51,125 nucleotides of DNA from a virus. Taxonomy: Duplodnaviria > Caudoviricetes. Location of the stretch: positions 1 through 51,125 of the IMG/VR virus record IMGVR_UViG_3300043433_000078. One strand, 5' to 3'. This document shows positions 36,160-46,003 of this stretch, in pieces. How positions within the stretch are numbered: position 1 is the stretch's first letter; each line of letters begins with the position of its first letter. Made by a program: the position numbers and the translations under genes. The notes below the pieces were generated by a model. That model searched no databases, was not told where the DNA came from, and saw only the letters and a program-made list of their open reading frames with translations.

Positions 36160-36657
36160 ATGATTAAACCAATTACATTAAACGAAGCGGTTGTAAATGC
36201 ATTAAATTCACGAATTGGTGATGAATTTACAGCGCATTACTTCTACAACGCAGCACACAATTGGTGTTCTGACAAAAACTACAAAAATGCAGCAGCATTC
36301 TTTGCTGGAGAAACTGCAAGCGAATTAGGACACGCACAAACACTACAAAAATATCTAGTCGATTGGAATGCTACACCAGTATTACCAAGTGTAACAATGA
36401 ACTTTGAATTTAACAGTTTACCAGATATTATTGAAAAGGCTTATAAATTAGAATTAGATCTTTTCAACAAATACATGAAAGATTCTCAAGCAATCTTTGG
36501 AATTGATTTAGCAACCTTTGATTTTTTACAAGGATTTAGACAAATTCAAACAGATTCTGTTGTTGAATATTCAGACCTTTTAGCTGCTTTAGAATTAATT
36601 GATGTAAATAGCAAATTAGATATTTTGCATTTCGAAGAATTATATTTCACAGCATAA
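36160..36657 (+). CDS. ferritin
   Basis: ALN.RI.DE..A.Y.Y, FF..E..SE..HA, ATFDFLQ.F...Q. Confidence 0.82.
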   Translation: MIKPITLNEAVVNALNSRIGDEFTAHYFYNAAHNWCSDKNYKNAAAFFAGETASELGHAQTLQKYLVDWNATPVLPSVTMNFEFNSLPDIIEKAYKLELDLFNKYMKDSQAIFGIDLATFDFLQGFRQIQTDSVVEYSDLLAALELIDVNSKLDILHFEELYFTA

Positions 36658-36684
36658 TCAAACTAATAAAGATGGACGGAGATA

Positions 36685-36915
36685 GTGAAAAGATTAGGAA
36701 TAAAAACAATGGACAGGATTGCGACATGGTCAATGATGGTGGCGCTGTTCTTCAATCCGATGGGATTCGACATCGTTCAATTCTGGTTGATACAAGCAAC
36801 TGGAAGTTTGTGGAGAGCGAACTTCGTTTTGTATTGTATAGCAGCATTGTTCTTTGGGCTATCCATTTTATTTCGACTATTATATAAAAAGACAATCAAT
36901 AATGAAAAAACTTAA
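36685..36915 (+). CDS. small two-TM membrane protein
   Basis: FFNPMGFD motif; exact start uncertain. Confidence 0.55.
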   Translation: MKRLGIKTMDRIATWSMMVALFFNPMGFDIVQFWLIQATGSLWRANFVLYCIAALFFGLSILFRLLYKKTINNEKT

Positions 36916-37723
36916 ATTATTCGAAGATTTTGTATTGGAAGCTGCTAATATTAAAGATGTTGCAAAAAATATCTTAAACGGATTAGATAACACGGCACAA
37001 TTACACGTTGATTATGTACCAAAAGAGGCGTTATCTACAATCGAATCTTCATTAAAGAAAAATAAATCTCTTTCTGGTAAAGATGCTGCAAAAGCTGCAA
37101 AAGAAATCAGAACAAATTTAGAAGAGATTGGTATTCTATCAAACACTTTTAGTCCAATGGATGTTGAAATTATTATTATGAAACATTTAAATGAGGACTT
37201 AAACGAAGCTACTACATCTTGGTCAAAAATGATGAAAGGTGTTAAAGCTGGAGAGAGTGGACCTTGGTCACTAGTTGCAATTGAAAATAACAAAGTAATC
37301 GGTCAAAGAATCGATATTAAAATCAAAGACATTTTACCTGCAGAGTTTGAAGCATTACGTAAAGAATTCCCAAATGCAAAAATTCATATTGAAGATTCTA
37401 CGGGTGGAGTCGTTTGGAATGAATCAGTTGTTAATGAAGCAAAAACCTTAACAAGAGAAGAGTTAATGGATTTGTTAGAAAATAAATACAAAATAAAAAC
37501 TGTTAGAACTTCTGAGGAATTCAATGGTCAAACTGAAGGAATTTGGGTTGCTGGAGATAATGAAGAGGAATTGAATGGTAATAGAATTTTTTATTATTAC
37601 CATAATTCACCATCAAAATACACTCTCGGTATATTAAAACAAGTTAGAACAGCAGTTGAAAAAACAGGTTGGTGGTTTGAATGGCAAGATCCAGGAACAA
37701 TCATTATATGGCCAAATAATTAA
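36902..37723 (+). CDS. MKxxKLFE-leader protein (putative head-internal protein), modular
   Basis: MKKLKLFEDFVLEA; internal LNE/VNE linkers. Confidence 0.7.
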   Translation: MKKLKLFEDFVLEAANIKDVAKNILNGLDNTAQLHVDYVPKEALSTIESSLKKNKSLSGKDAAKAAKEIRTNLEEIGILSNTFSPMDVEIIIMKHLNEDLNEATTSWSKMMKGVKAGESGPWSLVAIENNKVIGQRIDIKIKDILPAEFEALRKEFPNAKIHIEDSTGGVVWNESVVNEAKTLTREELMDLLENKYKIKTVRTSEEFNGQTEGIWVAGDNEEELNGNRIFYYYHNSPSKYTLGILKQVRTAVEKTGWWFEWQDPGTIIIWPNN

Positions 37724-37728
37724 TAAAG

Positions 37729-38187
37729 ATGAAAAAAGTAAAATTATTCGAAGATTACTTAAATGAAGTATCGACAAACATGATTTCTGGTACTTCTGGT
37801 AGAACTATCACATCCCTAGATAATTCAAAATATGAATTGAAAAAAGATGTTACGGGAGCAAGAATAGGTGACTATACAAATGCAACCCTACCCAAAGGTA
37901 CAATTATTGTAAATATACCTGGTGGTGTATTTGCATTCCATGAGGATCTTAAAGCTAAATATTGCACTGGATATAAATCTGAAAAGTGGAATGATAAATT
38001 TGGTGTATCAATTAGACAATTACCAGAAACTTTAGAGGCTATTGAAAAAAATAGTAAAGTTTTAGAATCTGAAACAGTTTATCATGAACATGATTTCTTA
38101 GGTATGCAAGCTCAAGCTGCAAATATGACCAGAGAAGAATGGATTGCGCATTACGGTACTCCTGATATTGGCTCTGGAATAGAGTAA
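37729..38187 (+). CDS. MKxxKLFE-leader protein
   Basis: MKKVKLFEDYLNE. Confidence 0.7.
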   Translation: MKKVKLFEDYLNEVSTNMISGTSGRTITSLDNSKYELKKDVTGARIGDYTNATLPKGTIIVNIPGGVFAFHEDLKAKYCTGYKSEKWNDKFGVSIRQLPETLEAIEKNSKVLESETVYHEHDFLGMQAQAANMTREEWIAHYGTPDIGSGIE

Positions 38188-38217
38188 TAAATAACATATA
38201 CATATTAATCCAAATGT

Positions 38218-38261
38218 TGGGTCTTTTTAGTTAGATATATAATCTAGACTAAAAAGACCCA
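38218..38261. repeat. long inverted repeat with GATATATA at its apex
   Basis: TGGGTCTTTTTAGT-TAGAT-ATATA-ATCTA-G-ACTAAAAAGACCCA. Confidence 0.85.
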
Positions 38262-38270
38262 TTGTTGTAT

Positions 38271-38654
38271 ATGAACCAAGATAGAAGCCCACAAGAGATG
38301 ATTCTTGAACTTTATGATTTGTTTTCTTCATTCAAAAGACGAATTGAAGACCCAAATTATATTCAAATCGAAAACACATTAGAAAAGTTGGTTGAAAACC
38401 AAAATGAAATGAAAAATGAGATCAGAGAGCTTAAAAAGCAACTCCTGAACCCTTTTGATGGTGTTATTGTAGAGAATAAAAAGAATTCTGACTTTAGAGA
38501 ATCACAACAAGAATGGAAAGAGTCAATTGATAAAATTATCGAAGAACATAAATCACTAGTTAGATGGAAAAACGCAGTTGTTAAAGTACTTATTGCTATT
38601 TTAACAGCAAGCGGTGCGATCGCTTCATTTTTCTTAAGCAAATATATCGGATAA
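38271..38654 (+). CDS. coiled-coil protein with C-terminal TM helix
   Basis: ORF; hydrophobic C-terminus. Confidence 0.7.
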   Translation: MNQDRSPQEMILELYDLFSSFKRRIEDPNYIQIENTLEKLVENQNEMKNEIRELKKQLLNPFDGVIVENKKNSDFRESQQEWKESIDKIIEEHKSLVRWKNAVVKVLIAILTASGAIASFFLSKYIG

Positions 38655-38656
38655 TT

Positions 38657-39169
38657 ATGATAACAGACAGAATATCCTTAAATATTGCACTAAAATATTT
38701 AAACCAATTTGAACAAAATCAAGGAAAAGTAGTTGATGTGTTATTCTCATATAGGAATAATGCCAATCCTGGTTTAAAAAGTGCTCCGGCATTCCAAGAT
38801 TTAGATGTTTTAAGGGCATTTATTGCAAAATATGCACCAATTCAATCAATAGAACATGCAGATTGTTCACCATTATTATTATTTGAATTGAAAAAATTCA
38901 CAATCTTAAAAAATGGAACTGATAAGAATCTAGTCTATTTCGATGATACTAATTTTGTTTCAAAAAGTCAAAACATCGATCAATTTTCTATCGAATCGCT
39001 TAATAGAGATTATTTAAGTGCAATGACTGAAGTCCGTAGTGCTTTCAATGATGTTCTTCTTGATGAATATATCTTAAATCAATTAGATTATATTGAATGC
39101 GGGTGGCTTGAAATGCATACCGAAGTATCAATGGAACAATTAACTAAACTATACAATAAATATAAATAA
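38657..39169 (+). CDS. hypothetical protein
   Basis: ORF in operon context. Confidence 0.7.
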   Translation: MITDRISLNIALKYLNQFEQNQGKVVDVLFSYRNNANPGLKSAPAFQDLDVLRAFIAKYAPIQSIEHADCSPLLLFELKKFTILKNGTDKNLVYFDDTNFVSKSQNIDQFSIESLNRDYLSAMTEVRSAFNDVLLDEYILNQLDYIECGWLEMHTEVSMEQLTKLYNKYK

Positions 39170-39174
39170 AAATA

Positions 39175-42100
39175 ATGGCACAAGACAATTTACAAAACTC
39201 TGATATGCGAGGGCCAAACGGTAAATATGATCCACTATATCCTGGAGATTTAGGTAGAGCATTATACCATCCAGAGATGGATTATAACTTAGACTTAATC
39301 GGTCAAGTTATTCAAGGTTATCGCGTGATGGGTACTAATGTTGATGGAAGTATACACATTAACGATGATACTGAAAAGGTACTTAAACTTTATGTTGTAC
39401 AATCTTCTGATATATTATTAATAGAAGCGGGTGCTGCTATCGGTGATAGAGTATGGATTCCTACAGATACTATTGGAAATGGTGGTGGACCTCAAGGTTA
39501 TCAAGGTAATCAAGGTAATCAAGGAACACAAGGTCCAATTGGACACCAAGGTTCTACTGGAGCTCAAGGAGCAACAGGTGCTCAAGGAGTACAAGGACCT
39601 CAAGGATCTTTAGGTTCTATTGGGGCTCAAGGTCATCAAGGTTCTACTGGAGCACAAGGTGATCAAGGTTTACAAGGTATTCAAGGTGATCAAGGTTTAC
39701 AAGGACCGATTGGTGATCAAGGTATACAAGGACCAATTGGTGATCAAGGTTTACAGGGTATTCAAGGTGATCAAGGTTTACAAGGACCAATTGGTGATCA
39801 AGGTATACAAGGACCAATTGGTGATCAAGGTTCTCAAGGTTCTGCTGGTGCTGATGGTATTAGTGGAGTTGATGGAGTTCAAGGTGCTACTGGAGCGCAA
39901 GGTGATACTGGAGCGCAAGGTTTTGATGGACCTATCGGACCTCAAGGTTTACAAGGGGTTGTTGGTGATCAAGGTTTACAAGGACCTCAAGGTATTGAAG
40001 GTGTTCAAGGTTATCAAGGAGCAACTGGAGCTCAAGGTTCTATTGGAAATCAAGGAGCAACTGGAGCTCAAGGTATTGATGGACCTATCGGACCTCAAGG
40101 TTTACAAGGAGTAATTGGTGATCAAGGTTTACAAGGATTTCAAGGAGAAACTGGATTAACAGGAGCACAAGGACATCAAGGTGATGTTGGTTTTCAAGGA
40201 TTTCAAGGTGATCAAGGTTCTCAAGGTTTACAAGGACCAATTGGTTTTCAAGGTTATCAAGGTGATCAAGGTGCAGTTGGATTTCAAGGTGCTCAAGGGG
40301 TACAAGGACCTGTCGGTGATCAAGGTTTTCAAGGACCAAGCGGAAGCGTAAACGGACAGATATTCTATATGAATGAATCTGTTACTGTTATAAATAATGG
40401 AGGTGGAGTAAATGATTTTAATGAAATCAGTCCAATACCAACAAATATATCACAACAGGTTGTTACAACAAATTTAACGCCATTACAAGCAAATGTTTTA
40501 ATTACTAAGTTTATAACACCAGTTGGATTAGGAGTTGCTGTTGTACCTGGTGGAATTCAACAATTTAGAATGCATTTTACTAAAGCAAGTGTTAATGATG
40601 CAATTCAAATTTATGTTAAAGTAACGCATGCTGATTCTATTGGAACACCAATTGCTGTTTGGGGAACTACAACATCGCAATTAATTGGATGGGACACAAG
40701 TTCAACTATTCCAGTTGATGTTTATCAAGACTTATTTTTAACGACAAAATATGTAGATCCAACCGACAAGGTTATTGTAGAGATTTACGCAATAAATGAT
40801 GATAATGCAAATAGAACTATTAAATTCTACACAGAAGGTATTAGTGACTATTCACATATAGTTTCATCTTTAGGAGCTACTGAAGGTCCTAAAGGTGATC
40901 AAGGTTCTCAAGGACCTCAAGGTCCGGTTGGAGACCAAGGTTTGCAAGGTCCAACTGGTACTCAAGGTTCTATAGGATTCCAAGGACATCAAGGAGAAGT
41001 TGGAGTTCAAGGTTCTACTGGAGCACAAGGTTTTATTGGAGTACAAGGTTTCCAAGGAGATGTTGGTATTCAAGGTTCAATTGGTTTCCAAGGTTATCAA
41101 GGACTTAAAGGCGATCAAGGTTATCAAGGTAATCAAGGACCTCAAGGTCCACTTGGTCCGCAAGGATTACAGGGTTCTCAAGGTTCTGCTGGTGCTGATG
41201 GTATTAGTGGAGTTGATGGAGTTCAAGGAGCTACTGGAGCACAAGGTTCAACCGGAGCTCAAGGTTCTATTGGAGCAACTGGAGCACAAGGAGACCAAGG
41301 AACAATTGGAGCTCAAGGAGCTACTGGAGCACAAGGTATTGCCGGAACAGACGGAGTACAAGGCGCTACAGGAGCACAGGGTGCTGCTGGAACAAATGGA
41401 ATTGATGGAGCAACTGGAGCACAAGGAGACCAAGGAACAATTGGAGCTCAAGGAGCTACTGGAGCACAAGGTATTGCCGGAACAGATGGAGCACAAGGAA
41501 CTACTGGAGCACAAGGTGCTGTTGGAAATCAAGGTTTACAAGGAATTCAAGGTTTTCAAGGTGAACAAGGACCAATAGGGGATCAAGGATCTCAAGGTTC
41601 TACTGGACTTCAAGGTTTACAAGGTTTACAAGGAGACCAAGGAACAACTGGAGCACAAGGAGCACAAGGATCTGCTGGAACAGATGGAGTAAGTGGAGTT
41701 GATGGAGCACAAGGTTATCAAGGAGCTACTGGAAATGTAGGAGACCAAGGAGCAACTGGAGCTCAAGGAGCAACCGGAACACAAGGTTTCCAAGGAAATA
41801 CTGGAGCAACTGGAGCACAAGGTTTTACTGGAGTTCAAGGAGCAACTGGAACACAAGGTTTCCAAGGAAATACTGGATCAACTGGAGCACAAGGTTCTAC
41901 TGGAGCACAAGGTTCTACCGGAGCACAAGGTTTCCAAGGAAATACTGGATCAACTGGAGCACAAGGTTCTACTGGAGCACAAGGTTCTATTGGAGCACAA
42001 GGACATCAAGGTTTAGTTGGAACTCAAGGAGCAACTGGAGCACAAGGTTCTACTGGAGCACAGGGTTCTATTGGAGCAACTGGAGCACAAGGTATTTATG

Positions 42101-43710
42101 GAAATGATGGTTCAAATTCAATAAGATGGGCAAGAGGAAATGTATCTACAACGCCTGGAACATGGTCGAGTGGTGCAACATTATTCTCTGGAACTACACA
42201 ATTATTCATGACCACGACTGCACAAAATTCAATAGATGCAACTCAATGGTTATCTAATATACAAATTGGTTCAAGTATTGGAGTTTATATTGTAGGAGCT
42301 AATCAGGATTTTGGTATTTTTGAAGTAACAGGAATATCATTATCTGGAGGAACTGTTTACGTTTTTGATGTAAATGTTATTTCAGCAGCTGGAGTTACTA
42401 ATGCACTTGGTCCTAATAATATTGCAAGCATTTCATATATAACAGATGGTTTAAATGGGGCACAGGGTGTACAAGGTCCTAGAGGTTTTCAAGGCTTCCA
42501 AGGAGATATTGGACCGACTGGTTCTACTGGAGTTCAAGGTTCTACTGGAGCACAAGGATCTGCTGGTACAAATGGTACTAATGGAGCACAAGGTTCTACT
42601 GGATCACAGGGTTCTACTGGAGCACAAGGTTTAGTTGGTTCTACTGGAGCAAATGGAGCACAAGGTTTTCAAGGTTTCCAAGGTAACACTGGAGCTACTG
42701 GTAATAATGGAGCTACTGGAGCACAAGGTTTCCAAGGTAATCAAGGAATTGCCGGTCCTACTGGTTCTACTGGAGCACAAGGTTTACAAGGATTCCAAGG
42801 TAATACTGGAGCAACCGGGTCTACAGGAGCACAAGGTGATCAAGGAAATAGAGGTTTTCAAGGTTATCAAGGTAATATTGGAACAACTGGTTCTACTGGA
42901 GCACAAGGTTCTACCGGAGCTCAAGGATCTGCTGGTACAAATGGTTCTACTGGAGCACAAGGAGATAGAGGTTTCCAAGGTTATCAAGGTAATACTGGAG
43001 CAACTGGTTCTACTGGTTCTACTGGAGCACAAGGTTTTCAAGGAGTTGCCGGTCCTACTGGTTCTACTGGACCACAAGGTTTACAAGGTAATGCTGGAGC
43101 AACTGGAGCAACTGGTTCTACTGGAGCACAGGGTGATCAAGGTGCTAGAGGTTTCCAAGGTTATCAAGGTAATACAGGAGCAACTGGTTCTGCTGGTTCT
43201 ACTGGAGCACAAGGAGCAACTGGAGCAACTGGTTCCGCTGGAGCAACAGGAGCTCAAGGAACACAAGGTCCTAGAGGTTTCCAAGGTTATCAAGGTATAC
43301 AGGGTCCTAACGGTTCTGGATCTTCTTCAGACTTTATTGAATACATATCAATTAATCCAGTCGCTCAGGGAGTTACTGTTGACGGAACAAATATACAAGC
43401 AGCTTACGTGTTAATTCCTAAAAGTAGTTATCTAGGAAATGGGGCTTGGATAATTAGTGAAATTCATGCAGCTTACGATCAATCATCTGGTGGTGGAACA
43501 TATTGTGAATATTCATTAATTAGAACAGATGCTTTTAATAATCAATCAACACTTCATACATGGGCGCATCCTTCTGGAAATAAAAGAGTAATTATAAATG
43601 GATTAGGAATTACTGTTGTTGATGACTGTCATTATAGTATTAAACTATCAACAGGATCACCTGTCGATAAGGGTTACACCGTTACTTTAGTTTTAAATGA
43701 ATTAATATAA
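39175..43710 (+). CDS. collagen-like (Gly-X-Gln/Thr) protein, probable fibre or virion decoration
   Basis: Three long G-X-Y tracts separated by globular segments. Confidence 0.88.
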   Translation: MAQDNLQNSDMRGPNGKYDPLYPGDLGRALYHPEMDYNLDLIGQVIQGYRVMGTNVDGSIHINDDTEKVLKLYVVQSSDILLIEAGAAIGDRVWIPTDTIGNGGGPQGYQGNQGNQGTQGPIGHQGSTGAQGATGAQGVQGPQGSLGSIGAQGHQGSTGAQGDQGLQGIQGDQGLQGPIGDQGIQGPIGDQGLQGIQGDQGLQGPIGDQGIQGPIGDQGSQGSAGADGISGVDGVQGATGAQGDTGAQGFDGPIGPQGLQGVVGDQGLQGPQGIEGVQGYQGATGAQGSIGNQGATGAQGIDGPIGPQGLQGVIGDQGLQGFQGETGLTGAQGHQGDVGFQGFQGDQGSQGLQGPIGFQGYQGDQGAVGFQGAQGVQGPVGDQGFQGPSGSVNGQIFYMNESVTVINNGGGVNDFNEISPIPTNISQQVVTTNLTPLQANVLITKFITPVGLGVAVVPGGIQQFRMHFTKASVNDAIQIYVKVTHADSIGTPIAVWGTTTSQLIGWDTSSTIPVDVYQDLFLTTKYVDPTDKVIVEIYAINDDNANRTIKFYTEGISDYSHIVSSLGATEGPKGDQGSQGPQGPVGDQGLQGPTGTQGSIGFQGHQGEVGVQGSTGAQGFIGVQGFQGDVGIQGSIGFQGYQGLKGDQGYQGNQGPQGPLGPQGLQGSQGSAGADGISGVDGVQGATGAQGSTGAQGSIGATGAQGDQGTIGAQGATGAQGIAGTDGVQGATGAQGAAGTNGIDGATGAQGDQGTIGAQGATGAQGIAGTDGAQGTTGAQGAVGNQGLQGIQGFQGEQGPIGDQGSQGSTGLQGLQGLQGDQGTTGAQGAQGSAGTDGVSGVDGAQGYQGATGNVGDQGATGAQGATGTQGFQGNTGATGAQGFTGVQGATGTQGFQGNTGSTGAQGSTGAQGSTGAQGFQGNTGSTGAQGSTGAQGSIGAQGHQGLVGTQGATGAQGSTGAQGSIGATGAQGIYGNDGSNSIRWARGNVSTTPGTWSSGATLFSGTTQLFMTTTAQNSIDATQWLSNIQIGSSIGVYIVGANQDFGIFEVTGISLSGGTVYVFDVNVISAAGVTNALGPNNIASISYITDGLNGAQGVQGPRGFQGFQGDIGPTGSTGVQGSTGAQGSAGTNGTNGAQGSTGSQGSTGAQGLVGSTGANGAQGFQGFQGNTGATGNNGATGAQGFQGNQGIAGPTGSTGAQGLQGFQGNTGATGSTGAQGDQGNRGFQGYQGNIGTTGSTGAQGSTGAQGSAGTNGSTGAQGDRGFQGYQGNTGATGSTGSTGAQGFQGVAGPTGSTGPQGLQGNAGATGATGSTGAQGDQGARGFQGYQGNTGATGSAGSTGAQGATGATGSAGATGAQGTQGPRGFQGYQGIQGPNGSGSSSDFIEYISINPVAQGVTVDGTNIQAAYVLIPKSSYLGNGAWIISEIHAAYDQSSGGGTYCEYSLIRTDAFNNQSTLHTWAHPSGNKRVIINGLGITVVDDCHYSIKLSTGSPVDKGYTVTLVLNELI

Positions 43711-43717
43711 ATTAGAT

Positions 43718-44032
43718 ATGATTACTACCAGAGGAAATTTCGAGGCACAATTAAATCCGCAACCAACGTACATGTTAGTGTATTATCATTGGGTACAAGG
43801 AGATCCATGTGGATGGCCAACCGCTAATATCTATATAGATCTTTTAACCAATATATACTACTATTCAACTGATGGCGTAAATTTTTATTTAGCAGGTTGT
43901 TGGTGGTTTTCGTACTCATATTACGATTGGGGTACTGATCAATACTACTATGATGGATTTAATATCATATCAGGATTTGGTGGTAGCGTATCATATATTG
44001 GAACATATAGTTCGCCATGCGGACCTGCATAA
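43718..44032 (+). CDS. Tyr/Trp-rich small protein
   Basis: ORF between the collagen gene and a terminator. Confidence 0.6.
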   Translation: MITTRGNFEAQLNPQPTYMLVYYHWVQGDPCGWPTANIYIDLLTNIYYYSTDGVNFYLAGCWWFSYSYYDWGTDQYYYDGFNIISGFGGSVSYIGTYSSPCGPA

Positions 44033-44039
44033 AATTATT

Positions 44040-44067
44040 AAACCGCTTCAAATGGAGCGGTTTTTTT
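44040..44067 (+). terminator. intrinsic terminator
   Basis: AAACCGCTTC-AAAT-GGAGCGGTTTTTTT. Confidence 0.8.
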
Positions 44068-44113
44068 ATGTAAACTTTTAGGGAATTCTACATATAATAT
44101 AAAAGAATTAATT

Positions 44114-44761
44114 ATGAGTAGAAGTAAATATGATCCGATTGCTTCCAAAATCGTGCGTAAAACTATTCAAAAATGGAAAAGCGATTTTAATCAAAATAAA
44201 GAAAACTCTCATTTTAGTATAAATGTAAATACCGAATATGTTAAATTTGATCTAGACGCCAGATTAATATTTACAGACGAGGTTGGACTTGAAGTTTTAG
44301 ATTCGACCGGAGCAGATGGTCGTGTTTTTGACGATGATGATTGCTTTCAAACACCCTTCATCGACATCGATATCGCGATTAATCCTGAATGGCTTCCAGA
44401 ATATTGGAGTAAATTATATATGCTTCTTTGTGATATTACTCGACATGAAATAGAACACATAACACAAGAGGGTCCGGAGATTGGAAATTATAAACATGGA
44501 AAACCTGCTGAAGATGATTCGATTGAAAGAGGACTGGTAAACGTTGGACTTCTATCAACTCAAATGTACTTAATGTTACCAAAGGAGGTTGATGCAAATC
44601 TACAAGGATTGAGATTTGAGGCAAAGAAAAGAAAAGAACCAATAATAAACACAATATATAGATATTTAGGCACTCAATCAATTGATGCTGATGAAAAGGA
44701 TTCGGTTTTGACATTATGGAGAAATCGTGCAAAAGAAATAGGAGGGATCCCAAGTTTTTAA
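44114..44761 (+). CDS. HExxH zincin-like protein
   Basis: RHEIEHITQ...Y...P.EVDA. Confidence 0.6.
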   Translation: MSRSKYDPIASKIVRKTIQKWKSDFNQNKENSHFSINVNTEYVKFDLDARLIFTDEVGLEVLDSTGADGRVFDDDDCFQTPFIDIDIAINPEWLPEYWSKLYMLLCDITRHEIEHITQEGPEIGNYKHGKPAEDDSIERGLVNVGLLSTQMYLMLPKEVDANLQGLRFEAKKRKEPIINTIYRYLGTQSIDADEKDSVLTLWRNRAKEIGGIPSF

Positions 44762-44763
44762 AT

Positions 44764-45381
44764 ATGAAAAAAGTAAAACTATTCGAGGAATATCAAGTAA
44801 GTGATATGGTTCAAGAAATTCATAGAATTCATGAAGGTGAATTGAGTGAAGAGAAAATAAACGAACTTATTAATGAAGGTTTCTTTGATTGGATTAAAGG
44901 TATTTTCATGAATCCTATGAAAAAACGAAAGTTAAGACAACTTGGTGATAAATTAGTTCAAATCAGAGTAGAATTAGGAAAGTTACAAATCGAACAAGAA
45001 CAAATCGAAGAGTTACAGGCTGAAGCTGAAGCAAGCGCGGAAGAGGATCCATACACATATTCAACAAATTCAAGATCGCGTTCATATAGCAGAAGCTCTA
45101 GTAGTTCAAGTAGTGGAGATGCTGCATTTGAACTTAAAAAAGATGCTTTGGAAGCAACCGAAGAGGACATTATTACAAATATGGATGCTCTTGGTGAAGA
45201 AAATGAAACCCTTCAGAAATACGTAGCAACTGTTAAACTTGACTGTAGAATGAAATCCACTGAGATTTTAATTAAAATGGCAGATGCTGATATTAAAAGA
45301 ATTCTTGTAAAATCGTTAAGAAAAGACAAGGGAACTGTTAATGATTTACAAAAAGATATAAAAAGTTCACTAGATACTTAA
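44764..45381 (+). CDS. MKxxKLFE-leader coiled-coil protein
   Basis: MKKVKLFEEY from ATG 44764; INEGFFDW. Confidence 0.7.
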   Translation: MKKVKLFEEYQVSDMVQEIHRIHEGELSEEKINELINEGFFDWIKGIFMNPMKKRKLRQLGDKLVQIRVELGKLQIEQEQIEELQAEAEASAEEDPYTYSTNSRSRSYSRSSSSSSSGDAAFELKKDALEATEEDIITNMDALGEENETLQKYVATVKLDCRMKSTEILIKMADADIKRILVKSLRKDKGTVNDLQKDIKSSLDT

Positions 45382-45389
45382 AATAATTC

Positions 45390-45440
45390 AAAAAAAGTTT
45401 TCCAGATATAATTTTTTTTATTATATTTGCATATAATTAA
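45390..45440 (+). promoter_or_regulatory. class I promoter (variant with a canonical TAnnTTTG -7 box)
   Basis: AAAAGTTTTCCAG...TTATATTTGCATAT. Confidence 0.65.
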
Positions 45441-45446
45441 TAGAAT

Positions 45447-45998
45447 ATGATAAACGAAAAGTATACAACAGACAAAATCCTAATCTTCGACATCGATGAT
45501 ACGATAGCGATTACACCTGCTAAAATAGTAGTTACTGACACTAGAAATGGAGAAACTTTTGAATTGACTCCAGAAGAATTTAACTCATACGAAAAAAACC
45601 ACAATCATTTAGTAGATTTTGATCAGTTTAGATCCCTAGAGATAATGAAGGCTGGTAGATTAATTGATAAATACTTTAGAGTACTTACCAAAAACTACAA
45701 CAACGGAGTTGCGATCGGCGTAATTACAGCAAGAGACAATAGAGAAATGATATATGAATGGTTCAGATTTCATTTAGGATTTCATATTGACAAAAAACTA
45801 ATTTGGGCTGTAAATGATCCGGTTCACGGACTAAGTGGAAGTATTCAAGAGAAAAAACAATCAGCAATGCGATGGTTTATTGAAGAAGGTTACACTGACA
45901 TCACTTTCTTTGATGATGATAGAAACAATATAAAATTAATTAAACAATTAGAGAGTGAACTTGGTACAACGATCAAGACACATCTTGCAAAACATTAA
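45447..45998 (+). CDS. HAD-family phosphatase
   Basis: IFDIDDT, ITAR, K, FFDDD..N. Confidence 0.8.
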   Translation: MINEKYTTDKILIFDIDDTIAITPAKIVVTDTRNGETFELTPEEFNSYEKNHNHLVDFDQFRSLEIMKAGRLIDKYFRVLTKNYNNGVAIGVITARDNREMIYEWFRFHLGFHIDKKLIWAVNDPVHGLSGSIQEKKQSAMRWFIEEGYTDITFFDDDRNNIKLIKQLESELGTTIKTHLAKH

Positions 45999-46003
45999 AA
46001 ATT

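Noticed and set aside
39418-43414. Alternative-frame and antisense ORFs inside the collagen gene (KVIKV.., CSS.. repeats)
   Set aside because: Shadow frames of the G-X-Q codon repeat.
43718-44032. Diversity-generating retroelement target
   Set aside because: Aromatic-rich, but no template repeat or reverse transcriptase is visible in the window.
899-45440. CRISPR array or mobile repeat from the recurring 60-80 bp motif
   Set aside because: Copies are dispersed, degenerate and always directly upstream of start codons, so they are promoter-like; there is no repeat-spacer periodicity.
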